Source: Octopus vulgaris
Lineage: Eukaryota
Reading direction: 5' to 3'
Assembly: GCA_951406725.2 (NCBI GenBank)
Contig: OX597818.1
Location: forward strand, 102,300,001-102,364,000
Length of the DNA: 64,000 nucleotides
The notes under the pieces are model-generated. The model saw only the letters and a program-made list of their open reading frames with translations. It ran no database searches and was not told the DNA's origin. Positions within the stretch are counted from its first letter, which is position 1; each line of letters begins with the position of its first letter. The position numbers and the translations under genes were made by a program. Positions 14,282 through 28,590 of the stretch are shown piece by piece.

Positions 14282-14841
14282 TACACACAAACAAAGGCAC
14301 ATACGCACACTTACTCACATAAACACACATATATCTGAATTTGAAAGCTAAAGTTTCTTTATTGCACTTTTCAAAATTTTTGAAGACCTGTCAGAGAGAA
14401 CTCCCACAAAAAACTCCATGGTTTTGAAGTTACTTCAAACATTTTATAGAATTCTAGGCAAAGAAGGTATTCTTGAAGTTAGAATTTTCACTATATATTT
14501 TATCATTTCCATTGCAGATCAATTGCGATAAATATTTCGCAAATCAATATATATGTTACTTACAATTTCAAAACTTCCTTACATTTTCTCGACATCAGAG
14601 TTTAATGACGAAAACTAAATGCGAATTTCTTTAAGAAATTCGGTTAAAGATAGTTCTAACGAAAAGGTTTTTTATTATGATGCCAATATTGCTGTTACAT
14701 ATAGAAATAAATACTGACATCACAGTGAGATGATTTACGTGTTGTTCACATTGGGAATATATGGTTCAAGATACGATCCCACACTGTGGCCCAGGATTTA
14801 TTCCATTATGTTGAACTAAATAATGTTATTTCAAATACTAT

Positions 14842-15011
14842 AAGCGTAGTAGTGGTTGTGTGGTAAGTAGCTTGCTTACCAACCACATGACTCTGGGTTC
14901 AGTCCCACCGCCTTGCATCTTGGGCAAGTGTCTTCTACTATAACCTCGGGTCGACCAAGGCCTTGTCAGTGGATTTGGTAGATGGAAACTGAAAGAACGG
15001 CGTCGTATATA

Positions 15012-15068
<57 letters not shown>

Positions 15069-15292
15069 ATGTGTGTGTGTGCGCGCGTATGTATTTATCC
15101 TCCCACCATCACTTGGCAACCGATGCTGGTGTGTTTGCGTCCCCGTAACTTAGCGGTTCGGCAAAAGAAACCGATAGAATAAGTACTAGGCTTACAAAGA
15201 ATTCGTCCTGGGGTCGATGTGCTTGGACTAAAGGCGGTGCTCCAGCAGGGCAACTCTCTAATGACTGAAACGAGTAAAAGAGTAAAAGCGTA
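14842..15292 (+). mobile_element. tRNA-derived SINE family C, full length with internal (TA)n(GT)n
   Basis: Head gtggttgtgtggtaagtagc...gggttcagtccca, ttgggcaagtgtctt, internal microsatellite, (gagtaaaa)n tail; matches 55554-55959 inverted. Confidence 0.88.
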
Positions 15293-15469
15293 ATTATGAT
15301 AACCAACAATGGGAAAAGCCGTTGCATATGTAGAGAAATGATTATATATAACATGTGCATATATGCCGCTGTAGGAACGCATATTTTGATGTCATCCGCA
15401 TTAATAGGTATGCATATAGTAATGTTATATACGGTACTAGATATGCATATGCTGATGTCATATATATTA

Positions 15470-15856
15470 TGAGCAAAGCGCCCCCGTCGAATGGACGGTG
15501 CTGAGTTGTCAAGCATCTAAACCATATTTTCTCAAAACAACTTGTCCGACCGTCCCATAGACCTCCCATTTGAGAAACACTGATTTGACCTAAGTTTCAG
15601 GCACCAGTAAATGAAGAAATAAAGACAGATATTTTTTTCTTTTCCAAGAAAAACGATTTTACAAATGCAGGATCTCACGGCTTTATCGATCGTATTCTCA
15701 CCTGAAATCGATTTTTGTAATTTTTGCAAGACTTATACACACCCTGATACCGTTGGTATCTACATATCAAATTTGAGCGCAATCGGATGGAGGATGCCCG
15801 AGAACCTAGAGGACACACACACACACACACAGACAGAACGGATTTTATATAATAGA
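15470..15856 (-). mobile_element. Non-autonomous Helitron-like element (3' end degenerate)
   Basis: Minus strand starts a^TCTATTATATAAAAT, (GT)n, ccgattgcgctcaaattt; hairpin ccgtc-gaatg-gacgg near the other end; terminal CTAG not cleanly placed. Confidence 0.6.
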
Positions 15857-16103
15857 TTAGTAGGTATGCTTATGAGAAAAGAACCTGCCCAAGCAGACGA
15901 TATATATGCCATTTCATGCAAATTCGTTTGAAAGTTCAGCTTCCTAGTAGTTTGTAAACGTCGGAGATAGCTAGTAAAAACGAGACATCACATATGTTAG
16001 GATATAATAACACCCTAAACAGATATGAGTAGCATATCTGAACTGGTATTAATGAAGGAAGGGAAAATATTCGATTCATAAGCACTGAAATTTACTCCAT
16101 AAT

Positions 16104-16202
16104 AACGGGTATATAGCGCAGTGGTTAAATGCGCGGGCTACTAAGCCCAAGATTCCGAGTTCGACTCCAAGCCGTAACATGAATAATAATAATAATAATA
16201 AC

Positions 16203-16277
<75 letters not shown>

Positions 16278-16321
16278 GTTAGGAACGAGAATTCCAAGTT
16301 CAAAATTCCGACTAACAAACT

Positions 16322-16322
<1 letters not shown>
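16104..16322 (+). mobile_element. tRNA-like SINE head followed by (AAT)n and a short unique tail
   Basis: tagcgcagtggttaa (A box), gagttcgactcc (B box); no proper acceptor stem; (AAT)n at 16182-16276. Confidence 0.7.
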
Positions 16323-16375
<53 letters not shown>

Positions 16376-16382
16376 TAGATAA

Positions 16383-16466
<84 letters not shown>
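16322..16466. repeat. (GATA)n/(GACA)n microsatellite
   Basis: Direct inspection. Confidence 0.95.
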
Positions 16467-16467
<1 letters not shown>

Positions 16468-16641
16468 CAAATAGAATGATGGATTGGAAGAAAGAACCCT
16501 CTAATCTTAAATTGTGGCCGTCCTTTCTCGATGTTTCTGATGATGGCAGATATGAGAGGATGGATCCTGTAATTTGTAGAGCGAAACTAGGCCACTGCTT
16601 TCTTGTGGTGGTCAATATGCTCAAGCAAGTAGATGTTAGTA

Positions 16642-17207
16642 TTGGGTTGTCCGGAACGTTTGTGCAGATTTTTAATGGAAAGAAAAAAAGTCAATAAATA
16701 CTTGCCATTACAGTTTTAATCAAACAAATATGAACCATTGTGTTGCACAATGCGTCTTTTTTCTTTCCTTTAACTTGAAAAAAACCCTCTTCACAGAACT
16801 GAGGAGGTTTCATGGCAAAGAATTCAAGGTATTTTTTTACGGCATCCAAGGAATCGAAATTTTTACCATTGAATCTATTCTGCAGAGATCTGAATAAGAG
16901 GAAATCCGAAGGAGCAATATCTGGTAAATATTGAGGGTGGGATAACACATTCCAGCCGGGCTGCAGCAATTTCTGTCTGGTACCCAAAGCATCAATTGCC
17001 GAAAATGAACTTTGTTATCTTCCATTTTAAAGGGTTCCAGAATTAACACAGATTATAGGAACGTAAACCTACTTCCCCGAAAAGATAGCTTAAACTGTAC
17101 TCTAAATGGAGGTGTAGTTAAATCCTATTTTATGGATACAACCATGTTATAAAATAAGTCGAAATGTAAGCTGCTACAAATCGGGACGGACTTTCCGGAC
17201 AAAACAA
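16642..17207 (-). mobile_element. Internally deleted mariner (non-autonomous), copy 1
   Basis: TIRs ttgggttgtccggaacgtttgtgcagattt / aaatcgggacggactttccggacaaaacaa, TA flanks; MEDNKVHFRQLML fused to HPQYLPDIAPSDFLLFRSLQN (YSPDLAPSD motif). Confidence 0.9.
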
Positions 17208-17787
17208 TATTTGCTAATATTTTATAGGTTGAGCAAATGTTTTCATACGCAAACAGTGACGGATATAAAGGAGCCACTAAGATTCGAATGAACGTTAGAC
17301 TATGATATCTTCAAAACCCATGATAATCAGTAATTAATATTTCATGGTGCTTTACTTTGAAGTTATGTTCACGGAATAATGAAGATTAAGTTTGAAATTA
17401 TACGACGTTCATCATACATGTCTCAGTTGTTCAGCTACGTGTGCTAAACATATTCATAATGATCGAGAAAACTCCTAACAAGATTACTAAATAGTGTTGT
17501 AGATCCATTAAGCTTTAATTCCAAGCGAGAGCGATAGAATTTACTATAGGGAACATTTATAATATTTATAAGCATCTAGCATGCATGCACACGCACATAT
17601 ATACACACATACACTTAAACCCCCACATGCGCATACACACAAACACGCACGCACGCATACACACCCATGCATACATATGCACATATTCAGCCATAGCATA
17701 CAGAGTTGCAATCGTTTGAATCAGGACTACATTATTTAAAGATCCATGCCAAGCAATGGGGCGAATATGAATATGAAACTATATATA

Positions 17788-17892
17788 TATAATAATATTA
17801 GGGAGTATATCCAAACTTACAGGGAAAAATTAGATTTAGGATTAAATCTAATTTCACAGTATAAAAGCCTAATAGTGGTTTATCTCCAATTT

Positions 17893-17898
<6 letters not shown>
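17788..17898. mobile_element. (TA)n-embedded fragment of the 54891-55400 family, with internal inversion
   Basis: 17788-17862 matches reverse complement of 55325-55400; 17867-17895 matches 55279-55308 on the same strand. Confidence 0.75.
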
Positions 17899-18215
<317 letters not shown>

Positions 18216-19610
18216 ATACATACATATACACACACATACATAAGATAGCTCGATAGATAGGTAGATAGAGAGACAGGCATGCAGGCAAAGGGATAGGCAG
18301 ACATACAGACACAGACAGTTCTATTTATAGATTTGTATAACCTTCTTTCTATCTGTTCACAACGTATACGCTGATTGTAGGCATATATGTGCGTTGTTGT
18401 TGTTTAACTGGAAGTCCACGCTTATCTATCCAAAGATTGATCAAAGATGTGTCAGACGGTATCATCCGTTCAGTTTAGTGGTTTGGAGAACTACGTTATC
18501 AAATGTCTTATTTTTTGAGACCTGCAGGTTATGATTGGAAGTATTTTTACAAATCAATTGGATGACAGCAAGGAGATAAGAATAAATACAACAGCAAAAT
18601 CTGCTGTAATCTCTTTACGGTATCTGGAAAAAATCCATCAATAACTAAAAAAAGATCGAAATTTAAATTTCTGCACACTTCGATATTTCCAATAGCAGCG
18701 AATGGCTCTCAATGTTTGATTTCTGGAGAATGTGAAAATAAAGGAAAATACAAATAGGGTGGTTCTACATATGATATTAGAGAAAATCTCTGATAATTAA
18801 GCTCAACAATAAAAAAAGGGTCACGTAAACATATTGTGGAACAAATTGGAATGGAATTTATTATGAAGAGGAGATATGTAATTTACTTAGGGCGTGTTGT
18901 AGCGAAAGGTACCACGGAGAGCTGAAAAGTTCGTGGCGTTAGGGGATTTGTGGTACGAATGTCATTCGTGCGAGTTGTTTTACAGGGATTAGAAAAAGTG
19001 AAACGGCTGCTGCAATAACTGTCTCTGAGAGGGTAGTATGTTATATTCAATTCTTTTAATTTACTCGTCAGCTCTGACCTTGCGACGCATTCAAACTTTC
19101 TTTGCTATATTTTTAGTACAGAAAATCCACTCAGATACGTGACATTTGGTGAATATTAGAGTTTGATGTTTCTGCCCTCATCTAAGTTTCTTGCTGTGCA
19201 GTTGGGTCATGCAATGATCTTGACTGAAGGAAATACAGTTTTGCTTTGAAGACACCAACATTCACCCCATATGGGACCCCCAGGCTTTTTGCGAAGATGA
19301 TGGAGAAGTACTGGCCTTTGAAAACACACGCACACACACACACACACACACAAACATATACAGTTCTGAATACTGTATCGATAGTCATACTTTTGCTACT
19401 CAACATATTCTTTGTTATTTTACATTTTGTCTGATTTCCGTCATTGCAAATCCTTGCATCGGTGTATAATAAAATAAAATATTGTTTAATAGAAAACAAT
19501 TAGAAAGGTATATTCGAGATACAACTGAAGTAGGAGGATCAGATATTTGGAAGTCTTAAGTACCTTATGTTTTACTAACATAAAAGAGATCAAATGATGC
19601 CTAGTAGGTA

Positions 19611-19811
19611 GTTCTAGGTAAATTCCACTTCCGTAAATTCCAGTAGGGAAAATTCCACCAGGTAAATTTCACCATAGGTAAATTCCACAAGGAAAATTTC
19701 ACCATAGGTAAATTCCCCAAGAAAAGTTTCACCATAGGTAAATTCCTCAAGGAAAATTTCACCATAGGTAAATTCCACGACGATATATACCACCATGGTA
19801 AATTCCACACA
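19611..19811. repeat. Minisatellite with 15-bp subunits in a 30-bp higher-order unit
   Basis: ggtaaattccacaag-gaaaatttcaccata repeated, about 13 subunits. Confidence 0.9.
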
Positions 19812-20336
19812 TGGACAGATGCTATTACAATTTCGATTGATGTTGTTTCTTTTCATTCGTGGTCAAATATCGTAATATCATGTTTATTGTTTTCTATATG
19901 GCTTAGTGTTATTACTGAGCTATCTACTAGAATCTTAAGCTTTTCATTTGTTACCTTTTCATTTTGCAAATTTCTGATTTTCTGAATTTTTTTTATTTTT
20001 TGGCATGTTATATTGCTGTAGTAGGTTTGCAAATATTATCTTGCTTATCTCATTATGTCTATCTTTACATTTCGTATGTGCTATTATTGCACATTGCATT
20101 ACCGTGTATCCAAAATTCCCTTTGTTCTTTACTTTTTTTTTTGTTTTTATAATATCTACATGCCTTTTTGGTTCTACAGTAGTTGTTTCTGACTTGTAAA
20201 TACTGTATAATATTTTTATCTATCATTGAGTATTTGCTTTGTTTTATAAATTTCAATGGGTCATCGAAACAATATGTCAAATAATTCAAAATATAATTTT
20301 GAGAAACATTTTAAAAGTTACCTAAATTAATGCAAG

Positions 20337-20424
20337 GAGAAAACCTTAGTCAATATTGTTTTCAGGTTACTTTATTAATGGAAAGAGAAAACCTTAGTCG
20401 ATATTGTTTTCAGGTCACTTTATT
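20337..20424. repeat. Local tandem duplication, 48-bp period
   Basis: gagaaaaccttagtc(a/g)atattgttttcaggt(t/c)actttatt at 20337 and 20385. Confidence 0.9.
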
Positions 20425-21515
20425 GCTAAATGGTGTCCCGTTACTCGACTGTTATTATCTCTCCAGGTCAGAAACAAGGTTACTTCACATTCATAGATAA
20501 CGCACTGTACTAGACACATATCATTAGAATGTTGTAGGAAAGAAAAACAAACCGATGCTCAAATTGAGCCAACCAGTATGTTACATAGCGCTAGACCAAG
20601 TTGAGTGGATAATATTCATCGTCTCATTTGCTGACATGTGAGAATACAGCCGAGAAATCTAACGACGATTGCTTCACTCGCGGACCGTATATGACGTAGA
20701 TGATGTCCGAAAGAACATGATCTTTCCATGTACCCATGACAGAGAAAATTCCTGCCTGGATAGTAATTCGGAATGACAAGTTTTATCAAACTTTAATACT
20801 AAATATCGACACATGTTTGTTTCCCTGTTCTTAACATATGTTCAAAACATATTGGGTATCATGTAAATACTAATAATGTACCCTATGTTAACTACCTGCG
20901 TAATTGTAACCTAAGGCGTACAAACATTGATATGTATGTGTGTGTGAGTATGATATGTGTGCATATGTGTGAGTATGTGAGAACTTATAACAACCATTTA
21001 GAAATTAACAATTTGACATAAGAAAAAAATTAAATGCATTCGAAATTTCAAATGTGTAGGCTTCAATTGAAATGTGTAGGGTTTATTTAAAACACAATAT
21101 CGCATCCGCATTAGTGACTATTTCTTTTTTCATCAAATCCGTACAGAAATCGTGAACCAGCAACTTCGCAGTAACCACTTCCATATTGAATATTTGTAAA
21201 GACAATCGCGTATATTTTAGAATCATAAGAAAATGATTTAAAAGTACAAAAGCCATTTTTCTATAGTAGTCGGAATATAGTATAATGTTAGTATATGAAA
21301 ACAGCAGCAATACAAGGCATTGTAAGGTGTTGTTTGAAAATGATACATTGTCACTTCTAAAGAATAAAGAATATATGCATACGTACAAACATAAATGCAT
21401 ATGTATAACACAAATGTATATGCATACATGTGTGTGTGTGTGTATTAATAAATATATAGATATGTATGTATATATATATAATTTCTCACTCTCCTTCTAT
21501 GTATGTATATACTTG

Positions 21516-21547
<32 letters not shown>

Positions 21548-22445
21548 TGGAATAGATACATAGATAGATAGATAGATACATACATACATACATACATACA
21601 TACATACATACATACATACATGCATACATACATACATAAAAACACACCATTATAACAAGACAGAAATTGATACATTAACATTTTGTACTGTATTCTTGGC
21701 AACTCATTTAAAGTGAACATTATATATCTATTATATCAAATCTGTAGCACAACCAATACAGGTAGTGTTACGGAAAATAATATGTAGTATCTACATTTAG
21801 AAGGGAAAAAAACATACCTTTTAAGGAATCCAGTGCAAATCGGGAAAAGGTAATTCAAGAGAAAAATACAGAAATTCCTCTATGTGGAGTTCACATTTCA
21901 TCAGCGTTTTCTAACGTTCACCAACACATATATCAATAGATGAATTTATATAAATGCAAAGCTAGAACTTAGAGTCTATATAGATACGTATACATTACGT
22001 GTTGTGAGCCGAGTGTTGCGTTAAAACATGACAACATTTTATATAATGTTCTTTCAAAGACGATTCCGTAATCGTTTCCATTTCTGTTCGAAATAGCGAA
22101 ATTGATAATTTCTACAATAACTTATAAACGCATTGTCTTATCTGATAACTTGGCTGAACATAAATACCAAAGTTTAATACACCTCAAAAATGTGAGCTGT
22201 CCTTTCAGATTTGTTTCTATTGTATTACTTAGACATTTGCATCGTTGTTTAATAAAACGCACTTTTTTCTGCGGTAAAATGCAAGCGGTACTCCTTTGGA
22301 ATTGAATTCACTGTAACGCACATATCTAGTTCAGTCGTGAAAGTCCTCGAATCAAAGATCTAGGTTTTCTTCAAGAAAACTACATTAAACGCCACCATTT
22401 AAGTGCATTCAGGTTTGCCTTTCATCATAAGTTTCCTTTAAACTT

Positions 22446-23165
22446 TGGTTTCAAATTTTGGCATAAAGTTGGAAAATTCGGTATGGAGGAGTAAGTGTTG
22501 GGTTGTCAGGAAAGTTCGTGCTGATTTTTAAAGGAAAGAAAAATATGAACAATTTTGTTGCGCAATGCGTCTCCATCTTTTGCTTTAACTTGAAAATATC
22601 CTCTTCCCAGAATTGAGGTTGTTTCATGGCAAAGAATTCATCAAGGTATTTTTTACGTCATCCAAGGAATGTTTACCATTGAGTCTATTCTGCAGAGACC
22701 TGAATAAGTGGAAATCCGAAGGAACAATATCTGGTGAATATGGAGGGTGGGGTAACACATCCCAGCCGAGCTGCAGCAATTTGTGTCTGGTTCCCAAAGC
22801 ATCAATTGCAGAAAATGAACTTTGTTATCTTCCATTTTAAAGGGTTCCAGAATTAACACAGGTTATAGGAACACAAACCTTCCTCCATGGAAATATAGCT
22901 TAAACTGTGACCTAAATGGAGGTATAGTCAAATTCTCTTTTATGGACTCAACCATGTTCGAAAATAAGTCGAAAGTTAAGCTATTATATTGGGCATGAAC
23001 TTTTCTGACCACCCAATAGTTTACACCGGCCCTAGTGTTCAATTGGTACTTATTTTATTGACCCTAAATTAGGAAATGCAAAGTTTATTTGAAACAAGAA
23101 AGTAAAGACGGACAATATGCCGCTAAGCATTTTGCCTTGCGTGATAACAATTCGCCCAGCTATCC
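22446..23165 (-). mobile_element. Old SINE family A variant interrupted by mariner copy 2
   Basis: ggtttcaaattttgg...gagtaagt [mariner] tagtttacacc...ggtacttattttattgaccc...ccgctaagcattttgcc; uninterrupted relative at 38335-38525. Confidence 0.6.
22498..23016 (-). mobile_element. Internally deleted mariner, copy 2
   Basis: Colinear with 16642-17207, same TIR type and same deletion junction. Confidence 0.9.
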
Positions 23166-23185
23166 AGGTTAGTGCCTTGTTAGAT

Positions 23186-23310
23186 TTAGCGCCTGTAGTG
23201 TGGAGAATTGGCTGAAATGGTAGCACACCAGACATACTCTTCGGCTTTCCGTCCGACTTTAGGCGATGAGTTCAAATACTGCCGAGTTCAATTTTTTTCT
23301 TTTAGGGTTA
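23186..23310 (+). mobile_element. Diverged SINE family A head
   Basis: ttggctgaaatggtagcacaccaga...gagttcaaatactgccgag. Confidence 0.55.
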
Positions 23311-23701
23311 CATATCGGAGGTTAAATCCCATATGATACCTCACCCTATATGTGTGTGTTTGTGTGAATTGATCGACCTGAAAAAATTAATGCTACCATT
23401 GTCAGAGGCGAATCGGCTTTATTTAGGACGTTCAATGTTTCTCAACTAATTAAAATACTCATTTAGTAAACCTATCAGTAACATACCCATAATGATTACT
23501 GATAATATCAGTAAGCCAAATTTACCCTAATTAAGTAAAAATATGTAATTGCCATTATCTATAACTTGTCTTATATATCACTCTGTAAAATCAGGTTTGT
23601 CTGGAGCCCAACTACAGATTTGCGATATAGAATCGTAATGAATCATAATCTGGAACACTATGACAATAATATTTGCATGTTTTCACTAATCTAAACAATA
23701 T

Positions 23702-23765
<64 letters not shown>

Positions 23766-25399
23766 ATATGTATGTGTTATGTGTGTATGTCTGTATGTAT
23801 GAATGTATTTATGCACAGGCAGACTGTGCGAGTTTACTGTACCTTCATAGGTAGAAACACCCCCCAAAAAACACTCTATTCTGTCAGAGGTAAGTATCAT
23901 TTCATACACCCAATTTAAGAAGCTACAAGTAGTGTCATACAAGCGAGCCAATAATTTGGCAGATTCGTATTACATGCTATATGTCTCTGAGCAATATTTC
24001 ATCCTTAGTACAAACTGGTAGATGTATTTGGAAAATAATGCTAGAAAGTAAACCCGACCGCGTGGACCATATATTTATGCTAAATAACTGGGTCAGATTG
24101 AACTGAAAATATTTGTTTTTACTTTGCATTGCTGGCGTTGTAGAAGTATTAGAAAATACATTTATATAACATGGAATTAATCAGGATAAAACAAGTGATG
24201 ACGTGTTCTCATCCGTACTCATGCTTTAAAGAGAAACACCCAAGTATTTACTGCTATACTAATAGCATTTGATAAATAATTTGTCTCTGTTTATTTCTAG
24301 TATGCGACTTTATACATGTTTTATTGTACATTGATAGATTGTAAATATAATATTATATGCTATGAAGAATATATGGCACGTACGATATAAAATCAATGTT
24401 GTCCATAAAGTGTTATTAATTCATTTTAAGTATGATCATACAAGCATAACAGGGATGTTAAAGAGTGGATGCCTTTATCGGAAATTTTGGTGACATAAGT
24501 GAATGAAAATTGCTCCAACTGAGAATTTCAAAGGTCATTGGCAGATCACTACTTGCAGTGCAACATAGGCCATTTGCCAACTAATTATTCCCAATTCAAA
24601 AAGCAGATGTCAATCTTCTTTTATTTATTTGGCAGCATGTCAGAGTTCAATACAGCTAATTTAAACCATTATATGTACATGATTAATATGCTTCATGTTA
24701 ACCTTTATCTTGAAGTAGCAGACTATTATTCATATAGTTTTTAATTGGCTGATTAAAGCTATAACATGGATAATGATGAAAAATTACAAGGTATCATTTG
24801 CAAAACATTCTCCGATATCCCTATTAACAGTAAATGATAATATTAATGACTGTTTACCTAGTTAAAATCACTATGTGCCTTAAAAAAATATTATTGTTTT
24901 TCTTTTATTTTTCAGAAGAATAGAGGATGTTACGAAATTTACATTTTCCAGTGTCCTGACATCATTTGTATTTCCCTTCGTTTTGCTGCAAGAATCATGG
25001 ATATGAATTTATTTACTTTTTAAATACTTTGTGAGCAACAAATTTTAGTCGTAGAAATTGCTTTGCCTACTGGTACCATAATGATCGAATTAACATCGAT
25101 TACCAAATTAAAAACAGGAAAATTTATCAAATACATAGCTGAAGAAATAAATATATTTTGAAGTAAATGTAATCATATTAGAGGAAGGGAAAGAAAGGAA
25201 AAACTTGAAACTTCTCCAAATATGTGAAACGAAAATTCTCCAACAATTTGAAATAATTTAAATATGAAAGTATGTTATCAGTAGATATTAAAATCTGGTT
25301 TATGAATAATATAACCAATAATATAAAGGATAAGCAGAAAAAATGATTGCGAATGCCATAACAGTTTTAATTCTAATTTAATGTAATTTAATTTTAATT

Positions 25400-25605
25400 T
25401 AATTTGTTTGGGCTCAAAAAGCAGAAACAAGGCCATGTAGGGGGACATGGAGTTATGTACAGGGAGGGTGATCATACAAAGAGGTCAGGCCATTTCTGGA
25501 CAAGAGAGACTTTGAACCGATGCAGTACACAACGCGGCACTGGGGTACAGAAATCGAAACCACAATCGTATGATCATGCGTCCTACATCTTAACCTAAAA
25601 GGCTG
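25400..25605 (-). mobile_element. SINE with family-D-like tRNA head and a third type of tail
   Basis: Minus strand catgatcatacgattgtggtttcgattt...cgcgttgtgt resembles 4850-4900; the following sequence is unrelated to the B or D tails. Confidence 0.5.
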
Positions 25606-27234
25606 AATATAGTTTCGGACAGACAAAAGAAGTACGTACCATCGTAGATATCAGTTGTAATGCTGACGTGAATATGTCTCTTTTTTGTCAAAGCGAAAGG
25701 AGCATAACTATGTATAATCGGCTCAAAACCTTCAGCTTCTATATCCAAATTATAGATTCACATTTATGCATAAAATAATCGATCTGCTAGGCGTTGTGCA
25801 TAAATGTCATAGTGAGAATCTGGATAAGATAGGTCTTTGAAAAAACATCAACGAAACCGTAACACATCAAAATAGAATGTCTACAGAGAACCATAAATAT
25901 ACGCAAATGACAAATTTATGAAATAAGACTCTATGTTTCTTATCTACTTTCCAAAGATGAAGCATAATAACTTTATTAGGAACAAGAGAACACACACACA
26001 CAAGCACACGCATATATGCTTTTGGTATGTAAGTGTGTTTCTGCGTGCGCATATGTGTACGCGAGCGCGTTTGTTATTCTGCATGTATCGGCGTGTATGT
26101 GTGTATGTGCGTGTTCCTGTGTGTTTGTCTGTGTGAGTCTTTAAATGATATAGTATATACGAGATATATTATAAATGGCATAGACGTCAAGGATTCATTA
26201 ATGTATTCCTAAGTGCACGAAACGCCGAGTAAATGATTAAAAAACGTGAGAGGAAGCAATTGTGAGAATATAAATTATAATCAGCTTTAAACACCAAAGA
26301 TTAATTGAGAGAAACGCAATTTAAGATATCGGGAAAATTAATTCATCGGGGAATAAATTAGAAAATAAATGATATTTCAAATACTGGTTTAACATATATA
26401 ACATTAGTTGATGCCATTTAATATATTTAATGCTATATACTTACCTGAGATCAATCGCCAAGATTTCTAAGATGTTGTTCTTAAGTTTTTCTGTTAAGTC
26501 GAAATAACGTAAGTTATTAGCAGTGGAATAAACTTCAAATCATGCAGAATAGCCTATCGTTATGATACCCCGTTATATATGCAACGGTTATTAGTTTGAC
26601 GTTGTAAAACCTTAGAGTTTGTGATCATAAAGATACTAATACTTACCAGTTCAAGATTAATGTAATTATAATGTATACTGGAGTTCTTTCATCTCGATAC
26701 CTGCAATAGAAATAAACTTTTGTGTGGTTTTGGTGAAGTTTAAAATTTCTAAATTATATGATACGGAGTGAAATTAAATATTACGCGTAGGCATTAAGTA
26801 AAATATATGATTAGATATTGAAATCAATATTTCAATAACTAATTATATCAGAGCAGTTTTGAATTTAATGTTAATATTTGGCTCTGAAAGTAGTGTAATA
26901 ACAGGTACATAGATTTACACTGTAATGATAGAGAAAATGTAAAGCTGTCCTCAACTTCTTTCGCGTTGTCTATATAATAAAAATGTCGGAATTGTTAAAA
27001 CATAGAAACGCTCAGTTGTGTAATGAATATCATTGTTCAAGTACTGATGTACAGATTAAACTATATACAGTGGCTTATACATGCATTCATGCATACATAC
27101 ATACTTACGTACATAAACACAGCACATATACAATCATATACATATACATACATATATATAAAGATATATATATATAACACATATATTTATATTTATGTAT
27201 ATATCTATACGGATATACATATCTATACATAGAA

Positions 27235-27308
<74 letters not shown>

Positions 27309-28536
27309 CATATATACAAATATATATATGTGTGTGTGTGTGTGTGTGGTCAGAGGATAGTGGTCTATATCAATCAAGTGGCCAGTTATATTTTTAAAAT
27401 ATTTGTTTAATTTAAGAGACAAGATTTGATTTATTAATCATTTATCAGTGTGCTTCATCACGTGTGCGGCAAAAAATATAATTGCTTCTATTTCGGTTTG
27501 GGGGTATTTTGACTTTTACCTTGTTTTATTTGTATTTTGTCTGTAAATTCTTCTTTATGTCTCATTGGTTGGTTAAGTTGCAATTGCTCGAAAGACGTGC
27601 ATATCAGTATAATCTAAAATGGTTTATACATTTCTATTTCCGGAAGCAGTTTTTAAAAATAATAATCTGCTGCCGAAACGGAATGCATTACAGTGGACGG
27701 TGCTTTGCTGTGAATGCAGAGACTAGTAACTATAACACATTAATCCAAACGACAAACAATCCTCTGTAGTATTGTAGTGTAGGAAGGAAATAAAATGCTG
27801 TAGTTTCGCGAGTGGGGGCTCGTCGGTTACATGAACCCAGATTTCAACTGATATTAGAATTTTATACCAAATGTTTTATAGAGGACATGAAACATATTAA
27901 TATTTATAATTGCAGCCTCATCGTCAAAATATTCTGTGGATATACCGAAAATTGATAGAAAATTGGTTATGGTAAATTTGGACAACATATTATTAATGTA
28001 TTGTATGCGATACATTTGAATATCACTTTATATTTCTTAACAACAAGTCGGTTTATTTGTATCCAATAATAGCATTTAGTTTTCTAATCGACTTTCATGT
28101 GGAACCTGAATTTCTTCTATTAGTTCCAGCTGGAGAGCGTTTTGGATAATGATTCAGGTGTAAGAATTTTCACTAAAATATAATATTTTTGAAGAGAGTA
28201 TTAAAAAGGCCTAACAATATCCATTGTAATAATTCTTTGAGCTTACAACAATCATAGCTTTAGTGTTAATGAAAAAGAATGCCAAAATAATTCCAGAATC
28301 AATTGTTTTTTTTTACAGGCGACATTTATATTAAAAATATTTCTTCATGTAGTTGTTAATATATGTAATTCAGTAGATGCATTTGCAAATTAATTTCTAC
28401 AATTTCTGTCATGCACATATGGTTGTGATGCATGTGCCTAGTGTACCCTTATCAGACGGGTAGGCATAATGTGTATACTGGGCTTCGTATATTTCACACC
28501 AGTGTCATTTTGATGGCATGCACTGCTCTTTCACTC

Positions 28537-28571
<35 letters not shown>

Positions 28572-28590
28572 TAATAATAATAATAATAAT

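Noticed and set aside
16104-16180. tRNA gene
   Set aside because: A and B boxes present, but acceptor and anticodon stems do not pair properly and it runs into (AAT)n; a SINE head
19611-19811. CRISPR-like array
   Set aside because: No unique spacers, simple tandem 15-mers, eukaryotic context, no cas genes
20695-20725. agatgatgtccgaaagaaca resembling a hammerhead stem II
   Set aside because: Core CUGANGA and downstream GAAA are absent
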